Of a stretch of DNA of 64,000 nucleotides, positions 1 to 9,758 are shown one piece after another. This DNA is from a virus. The notes beneath the pieces were generated by a model that saw nothing but the letters and a program-made list of their open reading frames with translations, was not told where the DNA came from and ran no database searches. The translations under genes and the position numbers were made by a program. Each line of letters begins with the position of its first letter. Position 1 is the stretch's first letter. Location: the IMG/VR virus record IMGVR_UViG_3300003324_000465, positions 32,001 through 96,000 of that record. One strand, given 5' to 3'.

Positions 1-218
1 GACAGATCACGATTGTACCCACGAATGTCGTTTTTCTTGTCATAGACAAAGATTCGAGTCTCTTTCTGAAGATCGACTCGCTTGTCTGTAACAATGTAAT
101 GATACCTGCTGCCCTTTTCTTCGATCTGCCATCCGAAAACATATATAACATCTTTCTGTCCAGTTTGAGGATTGGGCATGATCATACCCACTGAACCGTA
201 GCGCAATTTGCCTTCCAT
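1..218 (-). CDS. Hypothetical early protein, truncated at window edge (MEGKLRYGSVGMIMPNPQ...)
   Basis: ATG at 218 with AAGGA RBS, open to position 1, directly downstream of promoter 258-286. Confidence 0.7.
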   Translation of the reverse strand, partial: MEGKLRYGSVGMIMPNPQTGQKDVIYVFGWQIEEKGSRYHYIVTDKRVDLQKETRIFVYDKKNDIRGYNRDL

Positions 219-257
219 TGTGGTATCCTTTCGGTATTGTGTTCGGCTACTGAAACA

Positions 258-286
258 AGGATACCATGCTCCCAGAGCAATGTCAA
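258..286 (-). promoter_or_regulatory. sigma70-type promoter
   Basis: TTGACA-17 bp-TATCCT with extended -10 TG. Confidence 0.75.
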
Positions 287-614
287 TATCGAAAGCGTGT
301 AGATTCTAGGCAAATTTCAAAGGGCACCATACGGACTCTGTTTAACCTGAACCTATAGATCATAGTATTCTCTTGTCGGATATGATCAATGCCATGAATA
401 TACCCGGCGTATTATTATACCGCGTTTTGTTTTCATTTTCCTAGTACCTTTTGAATATCATACAAAGAACGCTCCCGTACTAGTAATCGCTCTCTATAAT
501 AATCAGGATGGCTTAATCTACGATGATAGTAGAACCTAGCATATTTATATTTTAATGCGAGTTTCTTTCCTCGTTTCGTCTTCATAGTATCCCCCATGAA
601 TAAATTGCGCGCAG

Positions 615-815
615 TTATTTCTTAATGCTCCATGTACGATTCCAGATACGGGTAATTGGATTCCATAGATACGTCTCATTAGGATTCGTAGAATAAAAGT
701 CTACCGCACGAATGGCCCCATGACCATATCCTGCTAAAGTGAATGCATGCCCGATTGTATTACCTTTGATTGTTTGTTTTGTTCCATCCTTCCAGTAGAG
801 GATATATGTGTTCAT
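615..815 (-). CDS. Hypothetical protein
   Basis: ORF with AGGAG RBS on the coding strand of the region. Confidence 0.7.
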   Translation of the reverse strand: MNTYILYWKDGTKQTIKGNTIGHAFTLAGYGHGAIRAVDFYSTNPNETYLWNPITRIWNRTWSIKK

Positions 816-978
816 CTTATACTCCTTGTGTATTGGATAGGAATCTCATAAAATCCGCTACCATCGTCAAAACGTACAATGACAGTAAAAATACGATTGT
901 TCATACAACCTACTGCTCTACTAGGTTCAGCTAGACCGATCTTACCTCTCATCGCTCCTTCTATAATGATTACTTTCA

Positions 979-1398
979 TTATTCTATACTCTTTGTATTC
1001 TTACATAATGGATATGCAGCACATCCTAAAAATTCACCAAACTTGCCTTTTCGTAGTTTCATAGGATTACCACAACGATCACACCATGTTATACCATCAC
1101 TCCAATTATCAATGCGCGCATTTAATCGTATCTGCCAATTATGTGATCGATTAATCCTTTTTTCACCGCTAATAAAATCACCACGACTATCAACAATCAC
1201 AATACGTATAGCATCAGCGCCAATATCTCTACTTTTACCATTACGCTTATCAATACTCGTATAAATACGAATATGACATGTATCTATTACTTTCTCATAG
1301 ACATGTTCACCTATAGGTAGATCAATACGTTTAAATCCACGTACGAGCAATACATCATTCATGTCTTGCAGTGTAATAACTTCGTATTGTGATGCCAT
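979..1398 (-). CDS. Protein with C-terminal topoisomerase-type C4 zinc ribbon
   Basis: CDRCGNPMKLRKGKFGEFLGCAAYPLC matches the zf-C4_Topoisom pattern. Confidence 0.75.
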   Translation of the reverse strand: MASQYEVITLQDMNDVLLVRGFKRIDLPIGEHVYEKVIDTCHIRIYTSIDKRNGKSRDIGADAIRIVIVDSRGDFISGEKRINRSHNWQIRLNARIDNWSDGITWCDRCGNPMKLRKGKFGEFLGCAAYPLCKNTKSIE

Positions 1399-1412
1399 AG
1401 CAATCTACCTTT

Positions 1413-1709
1413 CTATGAATTAAATAAACGCTGGTAATTCGTTAGTGCTGCATGAATGCGTTCATGTGTAGGACCATCATACTTAGTGAGAATAGTAGCA
1501 CAATACGATTGAATACCGTAATGTGTCAGTGTGTATATTCCACACTCATTATCAAATGATACGATGCTGTTACGAATAAATGCACCTAGTGTACGATTGT
1601 CAGCGAATAAAAACATTGTTTCTTTTACTTCTATTGCGGTATTCCGATGATCCAATATCCTCTCAATAGCTTCTACTTGAGCATTGCTTAAATTCATATT
1701 CACTGACAT
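1413..1709 (-). CDS. Hypothetical protein
   Basis: ORF with RBS, tightly packed. Confidence 0.65.
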   Translation of the reverse strand: MSVNMNLSNAQVEAIERILDHRNTAIEVKETMFLFADNRTLGAFIRNSIVSFDNECGIYTLTHYGIQSYCATILTKYDGPTHERIHAALTNYQRLFNS

Positions 1710-1724
1710 GATGCCTACTCCTAT

Positions 1725-2117
1725 TTATTGGTTATACCAGAGGATAACCTCATCTCCATACAGAATATAGGCGCGGCCTATATTATCAACCGCAAGGGTG
1801 AAATGGTTGATACGCTTCTTATGTTGTCTACGGTATTCACGAATAAAATCAAGAATAACTATGCCAATTGTGTAATCCAGTGCTTTTGTGAAAATACGCA
1901 TAGCAAAATTATTATCAGACCTATCACCGGACTCGGTATCTTTCATATACTGTACTGATTGATCATCCTTCAGATACAGCCATGAAATATCCTGAGCGCT
2001 CAAGGGCTTTCCTGAATCGTATGCCTCTTTCATCTTTGCATAGAGCGCATTCGTGTCTACTTCCCATGACGTTACCTTGATCTGTTTGCCAGCATAGGTG
2101 ATAGTTTGCTTTTTCAT
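1725..2117 (-). CDS. Hypothetical protein
   Basis: ORF with AGGAG RBS. Confidence 0.7.
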   Translation of the reverse strand: MKKQTITYAGKQIKVTSWEVDTNALYAKMKEAYDSGKPLSAQDISWLYLKDDQSVQYMKDTESGDRSDNNFAMRIFTKALDYTIGIVILDFIREYRRQHKKRINHFTLAVDNIGRAYILYGDEVILWYNQ

Positions 2118-2146
2118 GTCTTTACTCCTGATACTATGCGCGGCTA

Positions 2147-2344
2147 TTATTCAATTACAGTAATTGTGTATCCTTCTGTGATTTCATGACATGACACATA
2201 TTCCCACGTATAATCAGTATTCTGATCCGCAATTTCTTGCGCTTTCTCAATTGTGGTGGTAATTATATATTGCATCGCAATGCCGTATGAATCGCCTGAA
2301 AATTCAAAGATATAGAGCTTGCTCATAAAGGTAAATCCTTTCAT
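2147..2344 (-). CDS. Hypothetical protein (true start may be MSKLY)
   Basis: ORF downstream of promoter 2366-2394; loosely resembles 4747-4938 (AQxIADxxxD..W). Confidence 0.6.
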   Translation of the reverse strand: MKGFTFMSKLYIFEFSGDSYGIAMQYIITTTIEKAQEIADQNTDYTWEYVSCHEITEGYTITVIE

Positions 2345-2365
2345 AACTTGTCCGACTCTGCGAGA

Positions 2366-2394
2366 ATAATACCATGAGCTAAAACAGAAGTCAA
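2366..2394 (-). promoter_or_regulatory. sigma70-type promoter
   Basis: TTGACT-17 bp-TATTAT with extended -10 TG; upstream TACACG..GATATTGAC context shared with promoter 258-286. Confidence 0.7.
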
Positions 2395-2503
2395 TATCTA
2401 AACCGTGTAATATAACGTGTAAATTTAAGAAGATTTTAGAGGATACTGGTATTTATTACTCGCGCCAGTATAACGCTTTGTACTTATAATTGCGGGCAAT
2501 TTA

Positions 2504-2806
2504 TTACTTGCTGCGTGTTAGCTCATTTCGATGGGCACCGCAATAAACATCAAACATGTTAATAGGCGAGCGGATAATGCAAGCGCATTTTTTACTGCGG
2601 TACGTATGTATAACCCGCTTGTCATCCGCATCAGGTTGCCGTGTAACCGAAGTCACTGTCGGCTGAACCCCAAGATTTTTTTTATTCTTGCTACCCTTCG
2701 GTCTGCCCCTACCACGCTTTGGCTCTGTCTCCGCTGCTGCGGCGATAGTCTTTTTATTTAGAGAACCTTTAGGACGACCACGGCCCCGTTTAATTGTGCT
2801 TTCCAT
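2504..2806 (-). CDS. Double AT-hook DNA-binding protein with C-terminal Cys/His cluster
   Basis: Two KRGRGRPKGS motifs; start reassigned to MESTIK (AAGG RBS, downstream of own promoter). Confidence 0.75.
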   Translation of the reverse strand: MESTIKRGRGRPKGSLNKKTIAAAAETEPKRGRGRPKGSKNKKNLGVQPTVTSVTRQPDADDKRVIHTYRSKKCACIIRSPINMFDVYCGAHRNELTRSK

Positions 2807-2843
2807 TGTCGTGTACCTTTCGTTATAGTGCTTACTTGCACTG

Positions 2844-2871
2844 ACTATACCACGAGATTCGATATTGTCAA
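2844..2871 (-). promoter_or_regulatory. sigma70-type promoter
   Basis: TTGACA-16 bp-TATAGT with extended -10 TG. Confidence 0.7.
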
Positions 2872-2882
2872 GAGGGAATTTT

Positions 2883-3452
2883 CTACCAATGTGAGCGGAA
2901 ATAAACAATATCGCGGAGAATAAGTGTACCATCTTCTGATACGGCTAGATTGTGTGTAGGAAACTCAAAGAGAAAATTACTATCAAAAGCTGTAGTCCAA
3001 GTATAAATATTGCGTAATGCTTCTATAATCGAGTCTGGTACATTACCATCCTGTTCTAATTTTTCGATAAAATTGTATACTACCTGATATAACAGATCGT
3101 ATCTGTTCCTAATCATATGCAAGCTAATTTCACCACGAAAAAAACCCCATGTTTCTTGAAGCACTTTAGCTACGCGCCATGCCTCTTTGTGCTTTGCCGT
3201 AAGCTTATCAGTAAATTTTGTCTTATAACACACATAGTCCCTACCACGAATAGATATGTCATCACACGTTTCCATGTACGGCACATGCTTAGATTTAATG
3301 TGGCTGTAGATTTCCTTTGTATGCTGATTCGCATGCTCATAAACGTCATAGGGTGTAATCAGGAATACTACAGAAGGATCATCTGTTGATCGATAGGCGA
3401 TGGAAAATTCGCCTTGTCCAATTTTCTTGACATTGTGCCCATGGATCATCAT
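2883..3452 (-). CDS. Protein-kinase-like fold protein (divergent catalytic loop)
   Basis: KIGQGEFSIAY glycine-rich loop; FEFPTHNLA...LILRD resembles catalytic and Mg-binding loops; start moved to MMIHG after RBS. Confidence 0.55.
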   Translation of the reverse strand: MMIHGHNVKKIGQGEFSIAYRSTDDPSVVFLITPYDVYEHANQHTKEIYSHIKSKHVPYMETCDDISIRGRDYVCYKTKFTDKLTAKHKEAWRVAKVLQETWGFFRGEISLHMIRNRYDLLYQVVYNFIEKLEQDGNVPDSIIEALRNIYTWTTAFDSNFLFEFPTHNLAVSEDGTLILRDIVYFRSHW

Positions 3453-3499
3453 GGTCGTGTTTCCTTCTGTGTACTGTGTTGCTTGTCTGCTATGGTAAC

Positions 3500-3527
3500 A
3501 GCATATCACGGTTTTTGAGGATGTCAA
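3500..3527 (-). promoter_or_regulatory. sigma70-type promoter
   Basis: TTGACA-16 bp-TATGCT with extended -10 TG. Confidence 0.7.
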
Positions 3528-3698
3528 TACCCGAATCTCATATGAGTATCAAATTGGTCATTTTTAGGCATATCAAAGCCATAAAATCAAAATTGCACAC
3601 GCATGGTATATATCTACCATTGATTCAAGGTTTACATCTCAGCGTATATGCATGTATTAAAGGGCTTCTAGCAATTCCTATAAGCGGCTTTTGTAATT

Positions 3699-3795
3699 TC
3701 ACAAAATGCTCTATAAGGCCCATAGGAAGCTTACAGAGGCATTGTAATATCAATCTGGTATAAGAGTAGGGGTGATTCGCTGTAGAGGTTCCTAT
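3699..3795 (-). repeat. ~100-bp dispersed intergenic element, copy A
   Basis: Reverse complement aligns with copy E (TGCCTCT...CTATGGGCCTT.TAG.GCATT.TGTGA). Confidence 0.7.
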
Positions 3796-3823
3796 TAAAT
3801 AATAGCTATTATTTTAAGGCTTT

Positions 3824-4177
3824 CTAATGCTTTGAATCATAATGATATTTAGGAGTATTTTTGAGGATAAGACATTGACAATCTATGTCATATTCATATT
3901 CAGCATGCTCGTTATATCTGCGTGTATGGGATTCTTGCAATTTCTTATATTCTTTATATGCGGCTAATTCATTTGCAATAATGGGTTGCCATTTACTATT
4001 CACTTCTGCTATGAGTTCTAATAGATGCGCCCAATTATTAAGCATGTGATAAAAGACCATAGCAAGATCAACGAGTTCTAACAATTGCCAGTCTTGTTTC
4101 TCGTGTGCTAATTCTACCATATGTTCACTAAGTTGAATAAAATTCCGACGATTGTATAGCAATGTATCATACTTCAT
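3824..4177 (-). CDS. Hypothetical protein
   Basis: ORF with AAGGA RBS. Confidence 0.65.
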   Translation of the reverse strand: MKYDTLLYNRRNFIQLSEHMVELAHEKQDWQLLELVDLAMVFYHMLNNWAHLLELIAEVNSKWQPIIANELAAYKEYKKLQESHTRRYNEHAEYEYDIDCQCLILKNTPKYHYDSKH

Positions 4178-4258
4178 TAGTATATCCTTTCTATGTGGAA
4201 AATTCGCGTTTTGAAATTCATTTTATAAAACTAGACTCTCCAGATTTTATTGTACCCC

Positions 4259-4552
4259 TTATGATAATAATGCGAGACACAATTCAGTCATGAGCGGCTT
4301 ATCTAGCTTTCCTTTACGCCATTCATAATAAAGCTCTTCATTATTAGGCAATTCACGAACTAGTCTGTATGCTGCGATACAGTCATCCCATATCCATGGA
4401 ATACCATTACGTTTATAGTAATCAAATTTTTCTTCTTGTCGTGTACACTTAGAAACATACATATCAGCCATTTCAAGTAGCTCTATAATATATTCATACA
4501 TAACGTATTCCTTTTGTAATAAGTGCGCGCATTTTATTAAAGATCGATCCAT
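4259..4552 (-). CDS. Hypothetical protein (true start probably MYEYII)
   Basis: ORF; AAGGA RBS precedes the internal Met. Confidence 0.55.
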   Translation of the reverse strand: MDRSLIKCAHLLQKEYVMYEYIIELLEMADMYVSKCTRQEEKFDYYKRNGIPWIWDDCIAAYRLVRELPNNEELYYEWRKGKLDKPLMTELCLALLS

Positions 4553-4746
4553 GTACCATCAATGTATTCTTGCATCTGTACATTTGTATTATCTGGTAAT
4601 AGTATATGCTCTATTAACATACCTACATATGTTTTAAAATACACAGTTAACGCACTATAATGAAATCTATACTTATATCCAGTTTGCAAAGCTAATTGTT
4701 CTGTAATAATCATTGTATTTTCTCCTATAATAATGCGCGGCGATTA

Positions 4747-4938
4747 TTATCTAGTAGTATTAAAAACATATCCATTGATAATTGTCTCGCCATTACGGTC
4801 TCTCAAGTACCATGGTCCATCTGATTGCTCATCTGCAATAGCTTGAGCATTACTTGGATCATCCGCTATAATAAGCATACAATCATAAACACGATCACAA
4901 GCATCACTCCAAAATGTGTAAATGCGTAAATTATCCAT
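4747..4938 (-). CDS. Hypothetical protein
   Basis: ORF with RBS. Confidence 0.65.
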   Translation of the reverse strand: MDNLRIYTFWSDACDRVYDCMLIIADDPSNAQAIADEQSDGPWYLRDRNGETIINGYVFNTTR

Positions 4939-5141
4939 AGTATTTTCCTTCTATAATAATCGCGGGCGATTTATCAGTAATAACGATAAGCTGTCTGACT
5001 ATTAAGCTCATACCATGTAAACCACGCATAACCCATAGTATAGGCTAATGAAAAACGCTTATGTTTTGTTGCAATATCCTTACCACTACTGTACCAAATA
5101 TCTTTCATGTGTTTATATCCTTTAAAATGCGTGCATTTTTA

Positions 5142-5408
5142 TTAATACCAAGTACTAGGCTTAGTAGATAAAGCAAAACTGTCAAAAACATTCTTATCTA
5201 TAAGGTCAATCAATTCCTTTGTAAGATCAAATACATTCTCACCAGCGTAAGGAATACGGTATGTGTATGATATTACTGCGTTGATGTCTATCGATCCATC
5301 TACAATACTTTTTGGTGTAAATATTACGCGCCCGGTAATAAAATTCCAAGAGATAGACATACTGGTGTATTCGATTGTAACGTATGTATCGTTATTATTC
5401 TTATTCAT
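5142..5408 (-). CDS. Hypothetical protein
   Basis: ORF with AGGAG RBS. Confidence 0.6.
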   Translation of the reverse strand: MNKNNNDTYVTIEYTSMSISWNFITGRVIFTPKSIVDGSIDINAVISYTYRIPYAGENVFDLTKELIDLIDKNVFDSFALSTKPSTWY

Positions 5409-5446
5409 GATGATATAATCTCCTATAATGCCCCGCGAATTATATA

Positions 5447-5761
5447 TTAAGCACGAGCAAACGGAATACCAATAACATATCCCTTGCGTGTTTCATCATA
5501 TACAGTATAGTACGATCGTTTTGGCATCGTAGTAGCTAATAGTGTTGCGATGTGATCAAAATCAATATTCAGTGTATCAGGTATAAACATTAACCATTCC
5601 ATTACCTTTGTAAAGTGCTTTACTAATGGATTAGGCGCGCTGAAAATGCATTTGCATTCAGTTGTATTGATCATACCATAAACTTCAATTGCATTGCTTT
5701 TTTTATTAGTAGTCTGCGGTGTGCTATATTCTTGAGCAGTGATTTTTTTCACACTAGGCAT
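5447..5761 (-). CDS. Hypothetical protein
   Basis: ORF with AAGGA RBS. Confidence 0.65.
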   Translation of the reverse strand: MPSVKKITAQEYSTPQTTNKKSNAIEVYGMINTTECKCIFSAPNPLVKHFTKVMEWLMFIPDTLNIDFDHIATLLATTMPKRSYYTVYDETRKGYVIGIPFARA

Positions 5762-5786
5762 TGTTTATTCCTTTCTTACCTACTAT

Positions 5787-5963
5787 TCACGCGCGTGATA
5801 AACGCTCAGTTAAATCTGTAACAACACTAATATACTCTTCTGTTAGTTCTTCATACTGTTTCAACAATTGTTGATATTGGAGCAGTAATTCACGATGCTC
5901 CGCTTTCTCAAGTATAAGCTTTAAACGCAAATCAACAATCTCTAACTGATCCTCTTCATTCAT
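5787..5963 (-). CDS. Small coiled-coil protein (58 aa, not in ORF track)
   Basis: MNEEDQLEIVDLRLKLILEK..., AGGAG RBS overlapping the end of the TrxB-like gene. Confidence 0.6.
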   Translation of the reverse strand: MNEEDQLEIVDLRLKLILEKAEHRELLLQYQQLLKQYEELTEEYISVVTDLTERLSRA

Positions 5964-5965
5964 AA

Positions 5966-6868
5966 TCAGTCTCCTTTATTTTTAAGATATGCATGAATAA
6001 AAGATATTACTTGCGCTCCATCTCCTACTGCGCATGCTACCCGTTTCATTGAACCTGATCGTACATCTCCTATTGCAAAAATACCATCCTCATTTGTCAT
6101 CATTGTGTTATCGGTTATAATATACCCGTTATCGTCAAGCTGTATTGTCTCTGGGAGAAATGATGTATTAGGCGTACTACCAATGAAAACGAATATCTTC
6201 TTGCATGGTAAGCATAAAGGAAGACCATTATGCATAATTGTTAATGAATTATCAGATGTCTCTCTAACCAATGCATTTGTAAGAATATTAATTCTCTCAT
6301 GCACACATATACGTTTAACAAGATAATCAGACATGCTTTTACGAATATCATCCCCGCGAATTATTATAGATACCTTTTTTGCATGATCAGCTAAATACAA
6401 TGCGGCTTGTCCAGCACTATTAGCGCCGCCAATTATAACCACATGCTGATCTTTACATTCATCTGTATGATCAATAACATTTGTATCATACAATAAACCA
6501 TGAAGTTTGTCATTACCATTATTAAATTGCCGATATGTCATTCCTGATGCAATAATCAATGCATTATATACTAGTGTGTGCTCATTTGCTATAATGGTAT
6601 GACGTTTTGGATATATATCTATTACTTGGTCTTGAATAAAACTAACACCAAATTGCAGTGCTTGATCTACAGCGCGTTGTGTCATCTCTTTTCCAGAAAT
6701 AGCTGGATGTGAAAAGAAATTTTCAACTTTACTACTGCCGTATATTTGCCCCCCGTAATATGAATTTTTCTCAATTACTGCTGTACTCAACCCCTCGCTT
6801 GCGGCATAAATTGCAGCAGAAAGACCAGCAGGACCGGAACCAATAATGAGTACATCATATTTCTGCAT
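5966..6868 (-). CDS. trxB: Thioredoxin reductase-like FAD/NAD(P)H oxidoreductase
   Basis: IIGSGPAGLSAAIY (FAD), IGGANSAGQAA (NAD(P)H), GIFAIGDVRSGS; canonical CxxC absent. Confidence 0.85.
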   Translation of the reverse strand: MQKYDVLIIGSGPAGLSAAIYAASEGLSTAVIEKNSYYGGQIYGSSKVENFFSHPAISGKEMTQRAVDQALQFGVSFIQDQVIDIYPKRHTIIANEHTLVYNALIIASGMTYRQFNNGNDKLHGLLYDTNVIDHTDECKDQHVVIIGGANSAGQAALYLADHAKKVSIIIRGDDIRKSMSDYLVKRICVHERINILTNALVRETSDNSLTIMHNGLPLCLPCKKIFVFIGSTPNTSFLPETIQLDDNGYIITDNTMMTNEDGIFAIGDVRSGSMKRVACAVGDGAQVISFIHAYLKNKGD

Positions 6869-6901
6869 GTGCTTTGTCCTTTATGTATCTTGTCTGTATG
6901 C

Positions 6902-6958
6902 ACTATATCATGTTTTTTGTAAGAGTCAAGGATCAATTTTGTTAAGGTTTGGTTAAAA
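6902..6958 (-). promoter_or_regulatory. sigma70-type promoter with upstream TTAAC direct-repeat box
   Basis: TTGACT-16 bp-TATAGT; TTTAAC-N5-CTTAAC-AAAATTG upstream. Confidence 0.7.
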
Positions 6959-7244
6959 TATTAAAGATAACAAAACGATACAAAATGTAATAATTGCCGC
7001 AATAATATAAAAATCAAGATTATCCCATGTATTTGCTTCACAAATAGTAACAATATATCGTCTGTATAGAATACTGGAATAGAATAATGATACTTGCTCA
7101 TACCGTAACATAATAATTCTCCTATCAGTATAGCGTCTACTGATACGAATCCATTTTGTAGTGCCTGTCTTCTTTTTATATATTGCGTATTTCATAAAAG
7201 AAAAAAGAGGCAACATAATATAGTTACCTCTCTACGGTAGGAGA

Positions 7245-7475
7245 TTATGATATGTCATCAAAAGACTGTATGCGTTTAAGATACACTTTTTCCCCATCTT
7301 CATTAACATACACATCTTTTCTACGGCCTTTTTTTGTAATAGCATGAATGCGAGTAGAGCTATCTGAATTACGTATACGTTGCTTTTTCCTAGCAATGCG
7401 TTGTTTACGCAACGTGTAGTCATCTTGCTCTATTAAACCTACATCATAACTAAGGTCTTTCATTTCTCCTACCAT
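7245..7475 (-). CDS. Small basic hypothetical protein
   Basis: ORF coupled to the upstream gene. Confidence 0.55.
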   Translation of the reverse strand: MVGEMKDLSYDVGLIEQDDYTLRKQRIARKKQRIRNSDSSTRIHAITKKGRRKDVYVNEDGEKVYLKRIQSFDDIS

Positions 7476-8176
7476 GCTTTCTCAATCTTCATAATAATAT
7501 TAAATATATTCAATGTTAACGTGTAATGCTCTCCTATGATATAACCTGTATATGCTGATAATGTAACATCCGCTTGATATTCGTAATTATCTGAATCCAC
7601 AAAAAACACGGCATAATGTGAATATGTTATACCTGTACGTTCACTGCCATATTGTATTGTAGAAGATGTTCGTAAATCCGACCTGTTAGGCCAATAAGGC
7701 TTATTATCAGTACCATGTGCAACTAATTGACGTGTGGTAATCCATCGATCTATGGTATAATAATATTTTGTTCTGTATACTGAGCGGGAACTATAGATCG
7801 CTTCTCTATGTGTCGTATTTCTATAACAAGTTCTTGGATTTTTTCTTGTGCCACAATTATATAGCCTATGATCTGTCACATCCCTGTAACCTGATATATA
7901 ACGCTCAGTGCCGTAATATTCCCATGCTGTATGATCTAAACGTGCATCTGCTGGTAATGACCAGCCTGATTCATAAACAAGGGAAAAGGTCTGTACATCT
8001 ATTTTGTTTTCCCATGTCATAGATCGTAGTGTAACGATCTTTGTTTGACGGTATGTTAGTACCCTATATCCCGTATAGAATACTAAGCATGTTAGTATAG
8101 CGATCAGAACATAGTATGTACGCTTCTTATCATCGTACCATAATTCATGCCATACGTCTCTCATGCTACCTACCAT
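7469..8176 (-). CDS. Membrane-anchored hypothetical protein
   Basis: N-terminal hydrophobic helix YYVLIAILTCLVFY. Confidence 0.65.
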   Translation of the reverse strand: MVGSMRDVWHELWYDDKKRTYYVLIAILTCLVFYTGYRVLTYRQTKIVTLRSMTWENKIDVQTFSLVYESGWSLPADARLDHTAWEYYGTERYISGYRDVTDHRLYNCGTRKNPRTCYRNTTHREAIYSSRSVYRTKYYYTIDRWITTRQLVAHGTDNKPYWPNRSDLRTSSTIQYGSERTGITYSHYAVFFVDSDNYEYQADVTLSAYTGYIIGEHYTLTLNIFNIIMKIEKAW

Positions 8177-8612
8177 TTCTCTGATTGATCAGTTCTTCTC
8201 TAACTTGCATTAGAAGCTTACCTAAGTTATTTTCGCCCGCATTATTATGAACGCGACACGTACACTGTCCCCAATAAAGATCATGCCATGTGTTACCTTC
8301 TATAAGGTCTTGATCACCAGTCTCAAGTAACATTACACGTAACTTCGGATAATTGAATTTTTGACGCAATAGATTAAGCATTATATCTTGTTTGATATTA
8401 TCCCAATCCTCACGTAATGTAATTGATTTTCCAATACGCTTCGCATCGCCAGGATTACGAACATAGTTTATCTGCTGGCGTATACGATCATCTGTTGTTT
8501 TTGCAGCTTGATAAGCATGCTCTACGCTAGGATACAATCTACCTTCATATTTCACAGGTGTGAACCAAAAATTACTAAGAAATCGATATTCATCACGAAA
8601 TTGTGTAATCAT
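8166..8612 (-). CDS. NADAR (YbiA-like) family hydrolase
   Basis: FLSNF...YPSVEHAYQAAK...LLETGDQDLIEGNTWHDLYWG...GENNLGKLLMQVR. Confidence 0.92.
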   Translation of the reverse strand: MITQFRDEYRFLSNFWFTPVKYEGRLYPSVEHAYQAAKTTDDRIRQQINYVRNPGDAKRIGKSITLREDWDNIKQDIMLNLLRQKFNYPKLRVMLLETGDQDLIEGNTWHDLYWGQCTCRVHNNAGENNLGKLLMQVREELINQRNGR

Positions 8613-9103
8613 TACTTTGTATCCTTTATCTTATAGTATTTACTATTACCGATATTACCTATATATTCGCGGCGGGATATTATAGGTAATTTATACTTTG
8701 GAAATAAATGTAATACCTGTTCTTCATAATTACATGCATCTAATTCCCATGGAAGCTGTGTGTATGCAGAATATTCTTTTTTACGTGTGCTGGAATATTT
8801 TATATATTCTTTACCATCCCATATTTCTATATTACCTTTTTTATGTACTAAGCGCTCTGTTATTCTTTGATGTGTATGCCGCAATTCATGTGCTATGGTT
8901 TTTAGCGTTTCACGGTGACTCATATTGTTTGAAATGACAATACGCGCTGAATCTCCGTACCAAAATGATTCACCCATAACACGTTTAACATTCTTAAACT
9001 GCCATTGGATAAAAAAAGCATCAGGTATATTTAAATCCCGGCGAATTATATCAATATATGGACGATATTTGTTAAGTGTTGCATATTTAGCTCTACGTCC
9101 CAT
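8612..9103 (-). CDS. Zincin-type metallopeptidase-like protein
   Basis: TIAHELRH (HExxH) and downstream PWELDA. Confidence 0.7.
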   Translation of the reverse strand: MGRRAKYATLNKYRPYIDIIRRDLNIPDAFFIQWQFKNVKRVMGESFWYGDSARIVISNNMSHRETLKTIAHELRHTHQRITERLVHKKGNIEIWDGKEYIKYSSTRKKEYSAYTQLPWELDACNYEEQVLHLFPKYKLPIISRREYIGNIGNSKYYKIKDTK

Positions 9104-9190
9104 AGTATTCTACCATTCCTTTAATACATAATACCAGATAAACGCAAACTCACCGTTCTCATTCCATCCAAGCATTGTGTTTTCTCTTTC

Positions 9191-9541
9191 TCAATATAAC
9201 TGGATAACTTCTTCCATCGTTAAAATATCTACAAGGATCGCCCTATTTCTATAAAAAGCACATTGTTTTTTACCTTGAAAGATAATAGACTCCTCTGCTT
9301 CATATATTTTCAACTCAAAATTACCATTATCATATAGCTCTTGCGCGAAATTCTCATCAAACCATTCGATTGCTTGTTCCCATGAAGTAAAACCACAATA
9401 AAGATCACAATCATAAGGCGCATCACGAATATCACTATACATATTAGGACGATGTGTACCAAGTCCATTATTCCATGACCATTTATATTGCGAATTATAT
9501 GGCCCGATGCCATCCGGTCCTTCAAAGCGATATACGTACAT
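9191..9541 (-). CDS. Hypothetical phage protein
   Basis: Start MYVYRFEGPDGIGPY after AAGGA RBS, downstream of promoter. Confidence 0.65.
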   Translation of the reverse strand: MYVYRFEGPDGIGPYNSQYKWSWNNGLGTHRPNMYSDIRDAPYDCDLYCGFTSWEQAIEWFDENFAQELYDNGNFELKIYEAEESIIFQGKKQCAFYRNRAILVDILTMEEVIQLY

Positions 9542-9584
9542 GGTCTTTAGATCCTTTCGCATTAGTGCATCGCTTACTGATCTA

Positions 9585-9642
9585 AGCATACAACCATCCA
9601 TGGCGGATGTCAATAGTCAATTTGGTTAGGATATGGTTAAAA
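9585..9642 (-). promoter_or_regulatory. sigma70-type promoter with upstream TTAAC direct-repeat box
   Basis: TTGACA-17 bp-TATGCT; TTTAAC-N5-CCTAAC-CAAATTG upstream. Confidence 0.7.
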
Positions 9643-9662
9643 AATATTCTTATTATTTTAAA

Positions 9663-9758
9663 CCACCAGAAGCCCTAGGACGATTTGGGGGTACTGAGAT
9701 ATGCTTTTTAATTTATCGTCGCTCTACGGGCTTCCTGTGAGGTTTAGGGGCATTTTGG
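9663..9758 (+). repeat. ~100-bp dispersed intergenic element, copy B
   Basis: CACCAGAAGCCC...ATCGTCGCTCTACGGGCTTCCTGTGAGGTTTAGGGGCATTTT. Confidence 0.7.
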
